Shown piece after piece: positions 1 to 8,560 of a stretch of DNA of 12,814 nt. Source of the DNA: Octopus sinensis (Eukaryota); NCBI RefSeq assembly GCF_006345805.1, contig NW_021826532.1, forward strand, positions 1 through 12,814. The letters run 5' to 3'. Numbering within the stretch: the stretch's first letter is position 1; every line of letters starts with the position of its first letter. The notes under the pieces were generated by a model. That model did not search any database, was not told where the DNA came from, and was given only the letters and a program-made list of their open reading frames with translations. A program made the position numbers and the translations under genes.

Positions 1-9
1 TGTATGTAG

Positions 10-13
<4 letters not shown>

Positions 14-62
<49 letters not shown>

Positions 63-72
63 TATATATATA
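14..72. repeat. (TA)n microsatellite
   Basis: Near-perfect TA run. Confidence 0.95.
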
Positions 73-249
73 AAATCTAAGACTCTAATGTCGTAAACTA
101 CAGGTAAAAATTGTGCAACTTCTTGCTGAGCAGCCTGCACTGATGATCTATTGTTTAACGTGATTAGAAGGTGTTTGCTACACGTTATGTAACTCGCTTC
201 ATTAAATCGTCAGATGTCACATGTCAGACACCAAATGGTTGCAGGGCAA

Positions 250-344
250 TGTGAAATAATCAAAAGTACAACTCATTGCCTGGTCCGGGAATCGAAACCA
301 AAATCTTGCTATCGTGAGTGCAACATCCTAACCATTAAGCCACA
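250..344 (-). mobile_element. Degenerate tRNA-derived SINE, 5' fragment
   Basis: Minus strand reads TGGCTTAATGGTTAGG (A-box-like) ... GGTTTCGATTCCC (B-box-like). It is homologous to the SINE head at 9381. Confidence 0.75.
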
Positions 345-351
345 CAATATA

Positions 352-370
352 GTGTGTGTATGTGTGTGTA

Positions 371-416
<46 letters not shown>
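352..416. repeat. (TG)n microsatellite
   Basis: TG run with a few TA interruptions. Confidence 0.95.
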
Positions 417-417
<1 letters not shown>

Positions 418-550
418 TAATCATTAGCATAACCATGTTGGCATGGGTTGGACGGTTTGACAGGAGCTGGCCAGCCGGGGAGTTGTCCATACTCCAATTG
501 TCTGTTGTGGCATGGTTTCTACGGCTGGTTACCTTTCCTAACGCCAACTC
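417..550 (-). mobile_element. 3' tail of an RTE-related SINE/LINE fragment
   Basis: Minus strand reads GTTGGCGTTAGGAAAGGTAACCAGCCGTAGAAACC...CAAACCGTCCAACCCATGCCAACATGG, then a decayed (ATG)n-like tail. This resembles RTE-type 3' ends of cephalopod SINEs (recalled, not searched). Confidence 0.55.
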
Positions 551-1220
551 AAAATATCCCACACAAATCACGTATTATAATTAACTTATTTCAAAATACA
601 TTGTTATAAACCGGTTTCACTTCTAACAGATGATAATCATAGCAATGTTAAATGCTCTCTACCTCAATACAAGCTATAATTTTTTGAAATATATTGCTCT
701 CTCTCTTCACACAATATCACCTATTTGAGGCGAATACAATAACAGTATATAGGTTAATATCTGGGAAAAACCACATCAGTTAACGACCTCATCCACTTGA
801 ACAGTCTAAGAAACTTGAGAAATGTCGATGTCAATTATAAAAAATGAACAAAACGCATTTGTCCTTCCAGCAACCAATTACTCTATATATGTGCGTAAAA
901 CCTGCTTAGATTGGTGGAAAACAAGTTTGATTGCAAATGTAAACATTTATTTAAAATTAATAGGAAAGAATATTAATGATAGATGTCTTCCTGTAGGGAA
1001 AAATTATTGATAACCGATAAAATCATTACCGCTACCCCCATCACACACACACACACACACACACACCGTACAACTCCTCTTATCACAAGCCAGCGTAGAT
1101 CCACTTTGTTTTGTTGAATGAATTTTGTTTCTTAAAGACACTCGTTCTGTTACTAGAGAAATTTCCAGTATAGCAGATATAAAATGGTAAAGTATACACA
1201 GATATAGATACAGTCATAAT

Positions 1221-1316
1221 TACATACATACATACATACAGACATACAATACATACATACATATATACATACATACATAATATATATACATACATATATA
1301 TATTATATATATATGC

Positions 1317-1372
<56 letters not shown>

Positions 1373-1396
1373 TATATATTATATATATATATATAT
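1221..1396. repeat. Compound (TACA)n/(TA)n microsatellite
   Basis: Direct reading; abuts the left end of the HHR element. Confidence 0.95.
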
Positions 1397-1626
1397 AATT
1401 AATCATATAGGGTAGAAAAAATTCAAGAAAATTCAAGAAAATTTTCTGCAACCAGCGGTCAAGTGAGAAAATAGAAATAGTCACAGACTATATAATATAT
1501 TCAACAATAGTATTAAGGAATGACCCTGACAGGTCGTTCAACTCACTTGAAAAGAGCAGCTAAACTCAAACCGCAAAAATAGTAGTAATTCTGAAACTAA
1601 GGAGAAATAAAACATTTATCCCCTTC

Positions 1627-1732
1627 AACTTTGTACCCTGCAAGGTTTCAATCATTTTTTATTTTTACGTAATCGAATTTAATTAAATTAAATTAAATCC
1701 GTTTACGATTGGCTTGTCTCATCAGCAAAGTC
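1627..1732 (-). ncRNA. Type I hammerhead ribozyme (minus-strand copy)
   Basis: Minus strand: GACTTTG (1732-1726), CTGATGA (1725-1719), long stem II, GAAA (1649-1646), CCTTGCAGG, GTA (1636-1634), CAAAGTT (1633-1627). The core is intact. The base of stem II is weaker here (GA/TT; TGATT instead of TGTT). Confidence 0.8.
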
Positions 1733-2199
1733 GCCAAAGAAAAGGAGAACATATACACACGAGGCAGTACCACCGAAGCCTCGAGTTTATATATCCTAAA
1801 TTTTCGAAATCCAGGGGATAAATGATTTTATTTCTCCTTTAGTTTCAGAATTACTACTATTTTTGCGGTTTGAGTTTAGCTGCTCTTTTCAAGTGAGTTG
1901 AACGACCTGTCAGGGTCATTCCTTAATACTATTGTTGAATATATTATATAGTCCTGTGACTATTTCTATTTTCTCACTTGACCGCTGGTTGCAGAAAATG
2001 TTTCTTGATTTTCTTGAATTTTTTTGCTACCTTATATTGATTAATTAATGATTTTTTGACTAATTCTGAAATTGTATCAGCAGTTTATATTTGCTGCTGA
2101 GTAGTGGCGCGGTTACGGTGGATTTCGAAAATTAGGATATATAAACTCGAGGCTTCGGTGGGTGCTGCCTCGTGTGTATATGTTCTCCTTTTTTTTGGC

Positions 2200-2299
2200 G
2201 ACTTTGCTGATGAGACAAACCAATCGTAAACGGATTAATTAATTTAATTTAATTAATTCGATTACGTAAAAATGTTGAAACCTTGCAGGGTACAAAGTT
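2200..2299 (+). ncRNA. Type I hammerhead ribozyme (plus-strand copy)
   Basis: Stem I GACTTTG 2200-2206 pairs with CAAAGTT 2293-2299. Core CTGATGA 2207-2213. Stem II is closed by GACA/TGTT (2214-2217/2273-2276). GAAA 2277-2280. Stem III is CC-T-TGCA-G-GG with a palindromic loop. Cleavage triplet GTA 2290-2292, predicted cut after 2292. Confidence 0.88.
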
Positions 2300-2426
2300 G
2301 AAGGGGATAAATGTTTTTATTTCTCCTTTAGTTTCAGAATTACTACTATTTTTGCGGTTTGAGTTTAGCTGCTCTTTTCAAGTGAGTTGAACGACCTGTC
2401 AGGGTCATTCCTTAATACTATTGTTG

Positions 2427-2460
<34 letters not shown>
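2427..2460. repeat. (TA)n microsatellite
   Basis: Abuts the right end of the HHR element. Confidence 0.9.
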
Positions 2461-2463
<3 letters not shown>

Positions 2464-2809
2464 GATATACAGGCGTTAATACACTTGCAGGTGCTAATTC
2501 AATGTGACCGTGCAATTGTTTACAGACAGTATAAATAAAGTACTTTTTAATCCTATAACAAACCCCGCTTAGAATCCGTCTCAGTAATAACCTAAGATCC
2601 GATATAATCACTGCGAAGCTGAACAGAACAATAGAAAAAAAAACAAAAAACAACTGAAAATAAAATATGCTGGCAAATATCAATAAACAGTGAAATTACT
2701 GGAATTACCTTCTTCAGCTGCCTAAAGCATAGCAAAGTGATTTCGACTCTCAAGGAATGACCGCTTCTTCCGTTGGTGTAAAACAGCCTCAGAAAGGGAT
2801 CAGTATATA

Positions 2810-2946
2810 TGAAACAGGGACAATTGATGAAGGGGAATATTCTTTATGTTGCATGCCACGTTTCTCTGTTTGTTTGGTTTTTTTTCGTTGTTCGAAAAAA
2901 GTCCGTTTTCGATGTTTTTGTTTTTATGTTTTCGTTTCTCATTGTG
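2810..2946 (+). repeat. Partial copy of the dispersed repeat at 7327/8081
   Basis: TGAAACAGGGACAATTGATGAAGGGGAATATTCTTTATGTTG...TTTCTCATTGTG matches 8088-8216. Confidence 0.85.
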
Positions 2947-3271
2947 ATCCGAATACCCTAACCACTGAGTCATGTCTTTATGTATTGCATAGGTACGTAT
3001 GCATACATAATTGCTCCATCTTCACAGATGATTGCTCTCTTTGTGCTTCCGCATTTCCAATAATTTGGGTGAAAAGTGTTCTCCCTAAAAAAGGAGTACT
3101 TAGTCACAAGAATTTCCACTAAAGTTGATCCCTATCATGGGAAAGCACAACGACAATATTAAGATAAGCTCGTGTCGTCTCGCTGCTTATTTGTAACTGT
3201 GTGCTTCCTACTGGTTAGGTTTGAAAACGCCGCTTCTCTTCTATCGCCATAACACTTTCAGTTGATAGAAT

Positions 3272-3664
3272 CTTTTCTACTCTGGGCACAAGGCCCGACA
3301 TTTTGGGGGAGGGGGGCCAGTCGATTAGATCGAGTCCAGTATGCAATTGGTACTTAATTTTTCGACCCCGAAAGGGATGAAAGGCAAAGTCGACCTCGGT
3401 GGAATTTGAACTCAGAACATAAAGACAGACGAAATACCTATTTCTTTACTACCCACAAGGGGCTAAACACAGGGAGGACAAACAAGGACAGACATAGGTA
3501 TTAAGTCGATTACATCGACCCCCAGGGCGTAACTGGTACTTAATTTATCGACCCCGAAAAGATTAAAGGCAAAGTCGACCTCGGCGGAATTTGAACTCAG
3601 AATGTATCGGCAGACGAAATACGGCTAGGCATTTCGCCCGACGTGCTAACGATTCTGCCGCCTT
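3272..3664 (-). mobile_element. Dimeric tRNA-derived SINE with 17-bp target-site duplication
   Basis: Two related units (about 3439-3664 and 3272-3438), each containing GAGTTCAAATTCC (B-box). Flanked by perfect direct repeats CTTTCAGTTGATAGAAT at 3255-3271 and 3665-3681. Confidence 0.9.
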
Positions 3665-3876
3665 CTTTCAGTTGATAGAATGACAAATGAAGTCACGATG
3701 TAGAGGTATCCATACGTCATTGGGTTATACCTGCATGCATACGTACAGTATATAAGCCATCGACGGAACTATCAAAATATACAAAACTTTCCAAATGCTT
3801 AGCATTTAAGTACATATGCACGTCTAGACATGCTGCTACATTAATGAGAACACATACATAAAACACACAAATATAA

Positions 3877-3986
3877 CCCTGTTGATGTCGTTTAAAATTC
3901 CAGAGAAGGAGTCTTGGATCTAGGTTAGAAGCAGGCTTTTTTGTCTATCGGGAAGAAAGCCAGAAACGAAACGAAATAATAACATA
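3877..3986 (+). repeat. Short dispersed repeat (same family as 12733-12814)
   Basis: CTGTTGATG...TCTAGGTTAGAA...CTAT(C/T)GG.AAGAAA is shared with the window end. Confidence 0.65.
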
Positions 3987-4402
3987 GAAACGGGGTACGT
4001 ATTGTAAATAAACACTTGGGATAGACAGAAGGCATTTAACTTTATAGTAAACTGTCAACAAAAATTTTATGACGATGCGAAAATGAACAGCAGGTTTCTC
4101 ATGTTACCGAATGCATTGTGTAAATTATTTAAATCTCAATATCCGGATTCTACCCACACATTTTCACCAGATATAAAAATATAATAAACATGGGAATCTA
4201 AATAGCGTTTATTGAAATACAACCACTCAACCACTCCTCATTTGTGTTACAGAGTTCTAAATGTTTTAATTATTATTTTCCTACCTTGACACAGTTGAAG
4301 ACGTTTTTTGTCCGGGTGGTTGTTTACCATTTTTTCATTGCACTCGATTTCTTTCGCCCCCCACCCGACCCCTCAAAAAAAAAAGGAATAAAGAAAGAAA
4401 AA

Positions 4403-4784
4403 GACAAGTGAAGTTAGAATAGGATTCTTAAAACATTCATTCTCTGGCTTTTGTTTGTTTCGTGCATTGGATGGGAGCCATAGGGGTACCACCCTGAAGG
4501 TTTTAGTCAAACAAGTAGCCCCCAAAAAGAAAAATAGCACCACGAACCCCAAATAGCCAAAAATATCGCCCCCACCACCACCACCACCACCACCAAAAAA
4601 TAGCCCCTCCCCACCAAATGGCTCAAAAATAGCCTAAAAAGAAAAATAGCCCCTAAAAAGGAGAAAAGACAATTCAGGTTAGAATATAATTCTTAAAACA
4701 TTCATTCTTTGGCTTTTGTTTGTTTCGTTCATTGGACAAGAGCCATAGGGGTACCTCATTGAAAGTTTTAGTCGAACAAATAGC
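4403..4784 (+). repeat. Diverged ~118-bp direct duplication (4403-4520, 4668-4784) around an AAATAGCC-motif array
   Basis: Both copies contain TTCTTAAAACATTCATTCT.TGGCTTTTGTTTGTTTCGT.CATTGGA...GAGCCATAGGGGTACC; period 265. Confidence 0.85.
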
Positions 4785-5070
4785 TTCCAAACTTGGTACT
4801 TGTTTTCGATCTTTCTTGCCGAACCGCTAATTTACAGGGACGTAACTGACCAACATTGGTTATCAAGCGGTGCGCGGAGGAACGAAGGCAAAAACAAAGA
4901 CAAATACAAATACTTATATAGGTAGATACGACGGGCTTCTTCAGTTTCCGTCAGCTCCATCTACTTACAAAGCTTTAATCGTCCCAGGGCTATTGTAAAA
5001 TACACTTCCTCTTCAAATGAGATTGACCCGGACCGTGGCTGGGAAGCAAGTTTCTTACCACATAGCCACG
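4711..5070 (-). mobile_element. Degenerate tRNA-derived SINE with internal AT-rich spacer
   Basis: Minus-strand head CGTGGCTATGTGGTAAGAAACTTGCTTCCCAGCCACGGTCCGGGTCAA; body includes GACGGAAACTGAAGAAGCCCGTCGTAT and TTAGCGGTTCGGCAAG. Same head family as 11523. Confidence 0.7.
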
Positions 5071-5125
5071 AAGACCAATGATTGAACTTTCGAACGTAAA
5101 CAATCAAGATCGATGAAATATATTT

Positions 5126-5357
5126 AGGCGGCGAAGTGGCAGAAACGTTAGCGCGCCGGGCGAAATGCTTATCGCTATTTCGTCTAGCTTTACGTTCTGA
5201 GTTCAAATTCCGCCGAGGTCAAATTTGCCTTTCATCCTTTCTGGGTCGATTAAACAAGTACCAGTTACGCACTGGGATCGATATAATCGACTTAATCCGT
5301 TTGTCTGTCCTTGTTTGACCCCTCTATGTTTAGCCCCATGTGGGCAATAAAGAAATA
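5126..5357 (+). mobile_element. Full-length monomeric tRNA-derived SINE
   Basis: GGCGGCGAAGTGGCAGAAACGTTAGC (A-box region), GAGTTCAAATTCC (B-box), A-rich end AATAAAGAAATA. Candidate TSD AAATATATT at 5116-5124 and 5357-5365. Homologous to the 3439-3664 unit. Confidence 0.85.
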
Positions 5358-5491
5358 AATATATTAAGTCACATATGAACAAGGATCAGAAATACACCAT
5401 TGTTGTGGGTTTTTGTATGGCACTGTTTCTATGACAACATGCTACACTATAAGATTCTGGGGTGCACGTATTAATGGGGGCATGTGCCTTC

Positions 5492-5625
5492 CGTACGTAC
5501 GTACGTACGTACGTATGTATGTACGTACGTACGTATGTATGTATGTATGTATGTATGTATGTATGTATGTAGTATGTATGCATGCATGCATGCATGTATG
5601 CATGTATGCATGTATGTATGTATGT
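5492..5625. repeat. Compound (TACG)n/(TATG)n/(CATG)n microsatellite
   Basis: Direct reading. Confidence 0.95.
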
Positions 5626-5628
5626 TGA

Positions 5629-6006
5629 GTGGAAGCACTCCGTCGGTTACGACGATGAGGGTTCCGGTTGATCCGAATCAACGGAACAGCCTGCTCGTGA
5701 AATTAACGTGCAAGTGGCTGAGCACTCCACAGACACATGTACCCATAACGTAGTTCTCGGGGATATTCAGCGTGACACAGAGAGTGACAAGGCCGGCCCT
5801 TTGAAATACAGGTTCAACAGAAACAGGAAGTAAGAATGAGAGAAAGTTGTGGTGAAAGAGTACAGCAGGGATCACCACCATCCCTGCCGGAGCCTCGTGG
5901 AGCTTTAGGTGTTTTCGCTCAATAAACACTCACAACGCCCGGTCTGGGAATCGAAACTGCGATCCTACGACCGCGAGTCCGCTGCCCTAACCACTGGGCC
6001 ATTGCG
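5629..6006 (-). mobile_element. tRNA-derived SINE (tRNA-Arg-like head), near full length
   Basis: Minus head CGCAATGGCCCAGTGGTTAGGGCAGCGGACTCGCGGTCGTAGGATCGCAGTTTCGATTCCCAGACC with A- and B-boxes, followed by ~310 nt of non-tRNA body ending at the (CATA)n array. Confidence 0.8.
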
Positions 6007-6015
6007 GCCCCTCAA

Positions 6016-6538
6016 TGTATGTATGTATGTATGTATGTATGTATGTATGTATGTATTTGCATGGATGCATGTATGTAAGTATGCATACATGTATGTATAT
6101 GTATATATGTATATATGTTTGTGTATGAATTATATATGTATGTATTTGAATGCATGAATGCATGTATGTATGCATGCATGTATGTATGCATGCATGTATG
6201 TATTTGTATGTATGCATGCATGTATGTATGTATGTATGTATGTATGCATGCATGTATGTATTTGTATGTATGTATGCATGCATGTATGTATGTGTGTATG
6301 TATGTATGTAAGTATGTATGTATGTGTGTATGTATGCATGTATGTATGTATGTATGTATGTATGAGTGTATGAATTATGAATGTAAGTATTTGCATGCAT
6401 GTGTGTGTGTGCGTACATATGTATTCATGCATGTGTGTATGTGTGTATGTATGTATGCTTGTATGTATGCATGTATGTGTGTGCATGTGTGTGTGTTTGT
6501 GTGTATGTGTGTGTTTGTGTGTGTGTGTGTGTGTGTGT
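6016..6538. repeat. Long (TATG)n/(CATG)n grading into (TG)n microsatellite
   Basis: Direct reading; source of many spurious ORFs. Confidence 0.95.
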
Positions 6539-6774
6539 AGGTAGGTAAGAACGGCAATACTCTGCAGACAATTTTCTACTTTAATGAAATTTTAAAATCC
6601 TAAAAACTGAAAACCAAGAAGTCGATTGGAAAATATAAGAAGAAAGAAAAGATAATTATTAATTAAGCATTTGAAATGGTTTCTTTAAAATTACATCTAT
6701 TGCATTGCGCATTGATAACATGAGCGCAAGTGTTAGTCGGTTCCTTCAACCATTCAGTTAGTTTGCATGCTTAC

Positions 6775-6851
6775 CCCAGGCACATATTTCGTGTGCGATG
6801 TCCTTCTATTACTCATCTCTCTCAAAACTTTTGAATTTCCCTTCCAATATA
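6775..6851 (-). other. Possible 77-nt internal exon of an unidentified host gene
   Basis: Minus: TTATCGATTTTAG|TATATTGG...CCTGGG|GTAAGC. One open frame gives YWKGNSKVLREMSNRRTSHTKYVPG. No recognised homology. Confidence 0.2.
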
Positions 6852-6893
6852 CTAAAATCGATAAGCTAGTTCAGTGACAAATGTTACTGATTA

Positions 6894-7275
6894 TCTCTCT
6901 ATATATAAACGGCAGTTTGTCTGTGTGTGTTTCTGTGTGTCTGTTTGGTTGTACCCTCACCCTGACCACGGCTTTCAACCGATTCTGATGAAACTTGACA
7001 CACACATAGCCCAATGTCATAATTCAAAACTAACGCAGCGAAATTTTGAAAAGTTCCCCCAGTTCTGAAAAAAATCGATAAATTCGACATGGGTCGAGAA
7101 TCAGAAACAACAAACCACAGACTGTCTAGGGGACGCAACTCGACCTTTTTAACTCTCAAAAAAATTTACCATAATTTAAAAAAAAATTTTTTGCTATTTT
7201 TTGGCTATAACTCTCTAAAAATGCTTTATAGTTATTTCCCTTACAAACCTGAGCAATGCCGGGCGATACTGCTAG
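6894..7275 (+). mobile_element. Non-autonomous Helitron
   Basis: Begins A|TC (6893|6894), ends CTAG|T (7272-7275|7276). GC-rich hairpin CCTGAGC-AAT-GCCGGG at 7248-7263, 8 nt before CTAG. Has a 5' (TGTC/TG) repeat and a CCGATTCTGATGAAACTTG motif like those of short Helitron derivatives. Confidence 0.8.
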
Positions 7276-7326
7276 TTTAAAGATAACTCTAGAGACCAAA
7301 TACAAAAAATGAAAGTAAATGAAACG

Positions 7327-8373
7327 GAGTAGATGAAATAGAGACAACTGAAGAAGGGGTATACTCTTTAAACTGCATGGCTCGTTTCCCTGTTTGTTTG
7401 TTGTTTTTTTTTTCGTTGTTCGAAAAAAAAAGTTCGTTTTCGTTTTTATATTTTTATTTCTCATTGTATTCAACGTTTTTTTCTTTGATGTCCTGTACCC
7501 ATATATGCATGTATAAATACATATATATGCAGGTATGTACATATATGTATGTATATATGCATATATTTATATATTATTTATATCATTATATGATCGAACG
7601 CCACGCGTCCTTTTCCAAGTAAGTTTTATCTGAATAATTACGATGCGCACTCTTCTATCTCTATTATCACTTCTCTGTCTATCTCTCTCCCTCTCTTGCT
7701 CTTCATCTTTTCTGGTTTTCTCTCCCACCCTTCCCTATTCTGCTTCTCTCCTCTTCACCGTTCCCCCTCTCTCTCTCTCTCTCTCTCACTCTTCCACCTT
7801 GACTCTCTCGTCGCTGACACATGAGGAAAGGGAATCAATCTTTCTGTCCATTTCCTTCCTAAAGACAAAACGTGCTTATACCTGTCTCCTGTCATAGCTC
7901 GTCCTCTTAGCATTCATAGTAATTTTTCTATCGTCTTGGTCACCGTTTGTTTTTACTGTCTTGTTCTCACTGTCCTGTTCTTCTTACCACCCTCCGCAAA
8001 AAATCCCAAATTTTATTTAATTTGCTTTGCGGGAAGGACTGTTTCAATGAAGTCGGGTATTGCCTTTGCCTTCGAACGCAGAGTAGGTGAAACAGGGACA
8101 ACTGATGAAGGGGAATATTCTTTATGTTGTATGTCTCGTTTCTCTGTTTTTTTCGTTGTTCGAAAAGGAAGTTCGTTTTCTATGTTTTTGTTTTTATGTT
8201 TTCATTTCTCATTGTGTTCAACGTTTTTTTTATGTTCTGTACCTATATATGCATGTATATATACATATATATGCAGGTATGTACATATATCTATGTATAT
8301 ATGGATATATTTATATATTATTTATATTATTATATGATCGAACGCCACGCATCCTTTTCCAATAGTTTTATCT
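7327..8373 (+). mobile_element. ORF-less element bounded by ~300-bp direct repeats (7327-7631, 8081-8373), ending at (TATC)n
   Basis: Both repeats run GAGTAG.TGAAA.AG.GACAACTGA.GAAGGGG...ATGATCGAACGCCACGC.TCCTTTTCCAA...AGTTTTATCT; period about 754. Confidence 0.65.
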
Positions 8374-8420
8374 ATCTATCTAGCTATCTATCTATCTATC
8401 TATCTATCTGTCTGTCTATC

Positions 8421-8472
<52 letters not shown>

Positions 8473-8478
8473 ATATAT

Positions 8479-8534
<56 letters not shown>

Positions 8535-8540
8535 ATATAT
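8370..8540. repeat. Compound (TATC)n/(TA)n microsatellite
   Basis: Direct reading. Confidence 0.95.
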
Positions 8541-8560
8541 TTATTTATTTTATAGAAGGA

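Larger units (their letters stand above)
1396..2426. mobile_element. Non-autonomous HHR-bearing PLE-like/retrozyme-like element (inverted copy plus partial tandem)
   Basis: Segments: A 1396-1623, B 1624-1813, A' (reverse complement of A) 1814-2047, C 2048-2118, B' 2119-2302, partial A' 2303-2426. 1814-1937 and 2303-2426 are direct repeats with 1 mismatch (period 489). No ORF of 60 aa or more lies inside, and both outer ends run into (TA)n. Confidence 0.75.

Noticed and set aside
140-190. CTGATGA at 140-146
   Set aside because: It is followed by GAAG rather than GAAA, with no consistent stem III, UH or stem I.
2290-2332. Possible PLE pLTR intron (GTAC...TTCTCCTTTAG)
   Set aside because: The donor is weak and the intron would be only ~43 nt.
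1396-2426. Inversion as a pure long-read fold-back artefact
   Set aside because: A fold-back gives one symmetric palindrome, not A-B-A'-C-B'-A' with unique segment C. Not fully excluded, because A versus A' differ by about 8 single-base indels and 1 substitution, which resembles polishing error.
1814-2426. CRISPR array
   Set aside because: Eukaryotic context; no 23-47 bp repeats with unique spacers anywhere in the window.
2700-2750. Minus-strand CTGAAGA (2717-2711) with an upstream GAAA, tested as type I and type II HHR; also a strong AAG|GTAATT donor
   Set aside because: No valid stem III/UH geometry, and no convincing acceptor or recognisable peptide.
5920-6006. tRNA genes at the SINE heads (also 5126, 9381)
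   Set aside because: No complete cloverleaf or acceptor stem, and each continues into a SINE body.
5386-6557. Many 60-143 aa ORFs (MYVC/HTYI type), also at 214-584, 1083-1484, 8087-8555 and 11937-12673
   Set aside because: They are translations of tetra- and dinucleotide microsatellites, which lack stops in some frames.
6985-6994. CTGATGAAAC
   Set aside because: The core and GAAA overlap with no room for stem II; it is part of the Helitron-internal motif.
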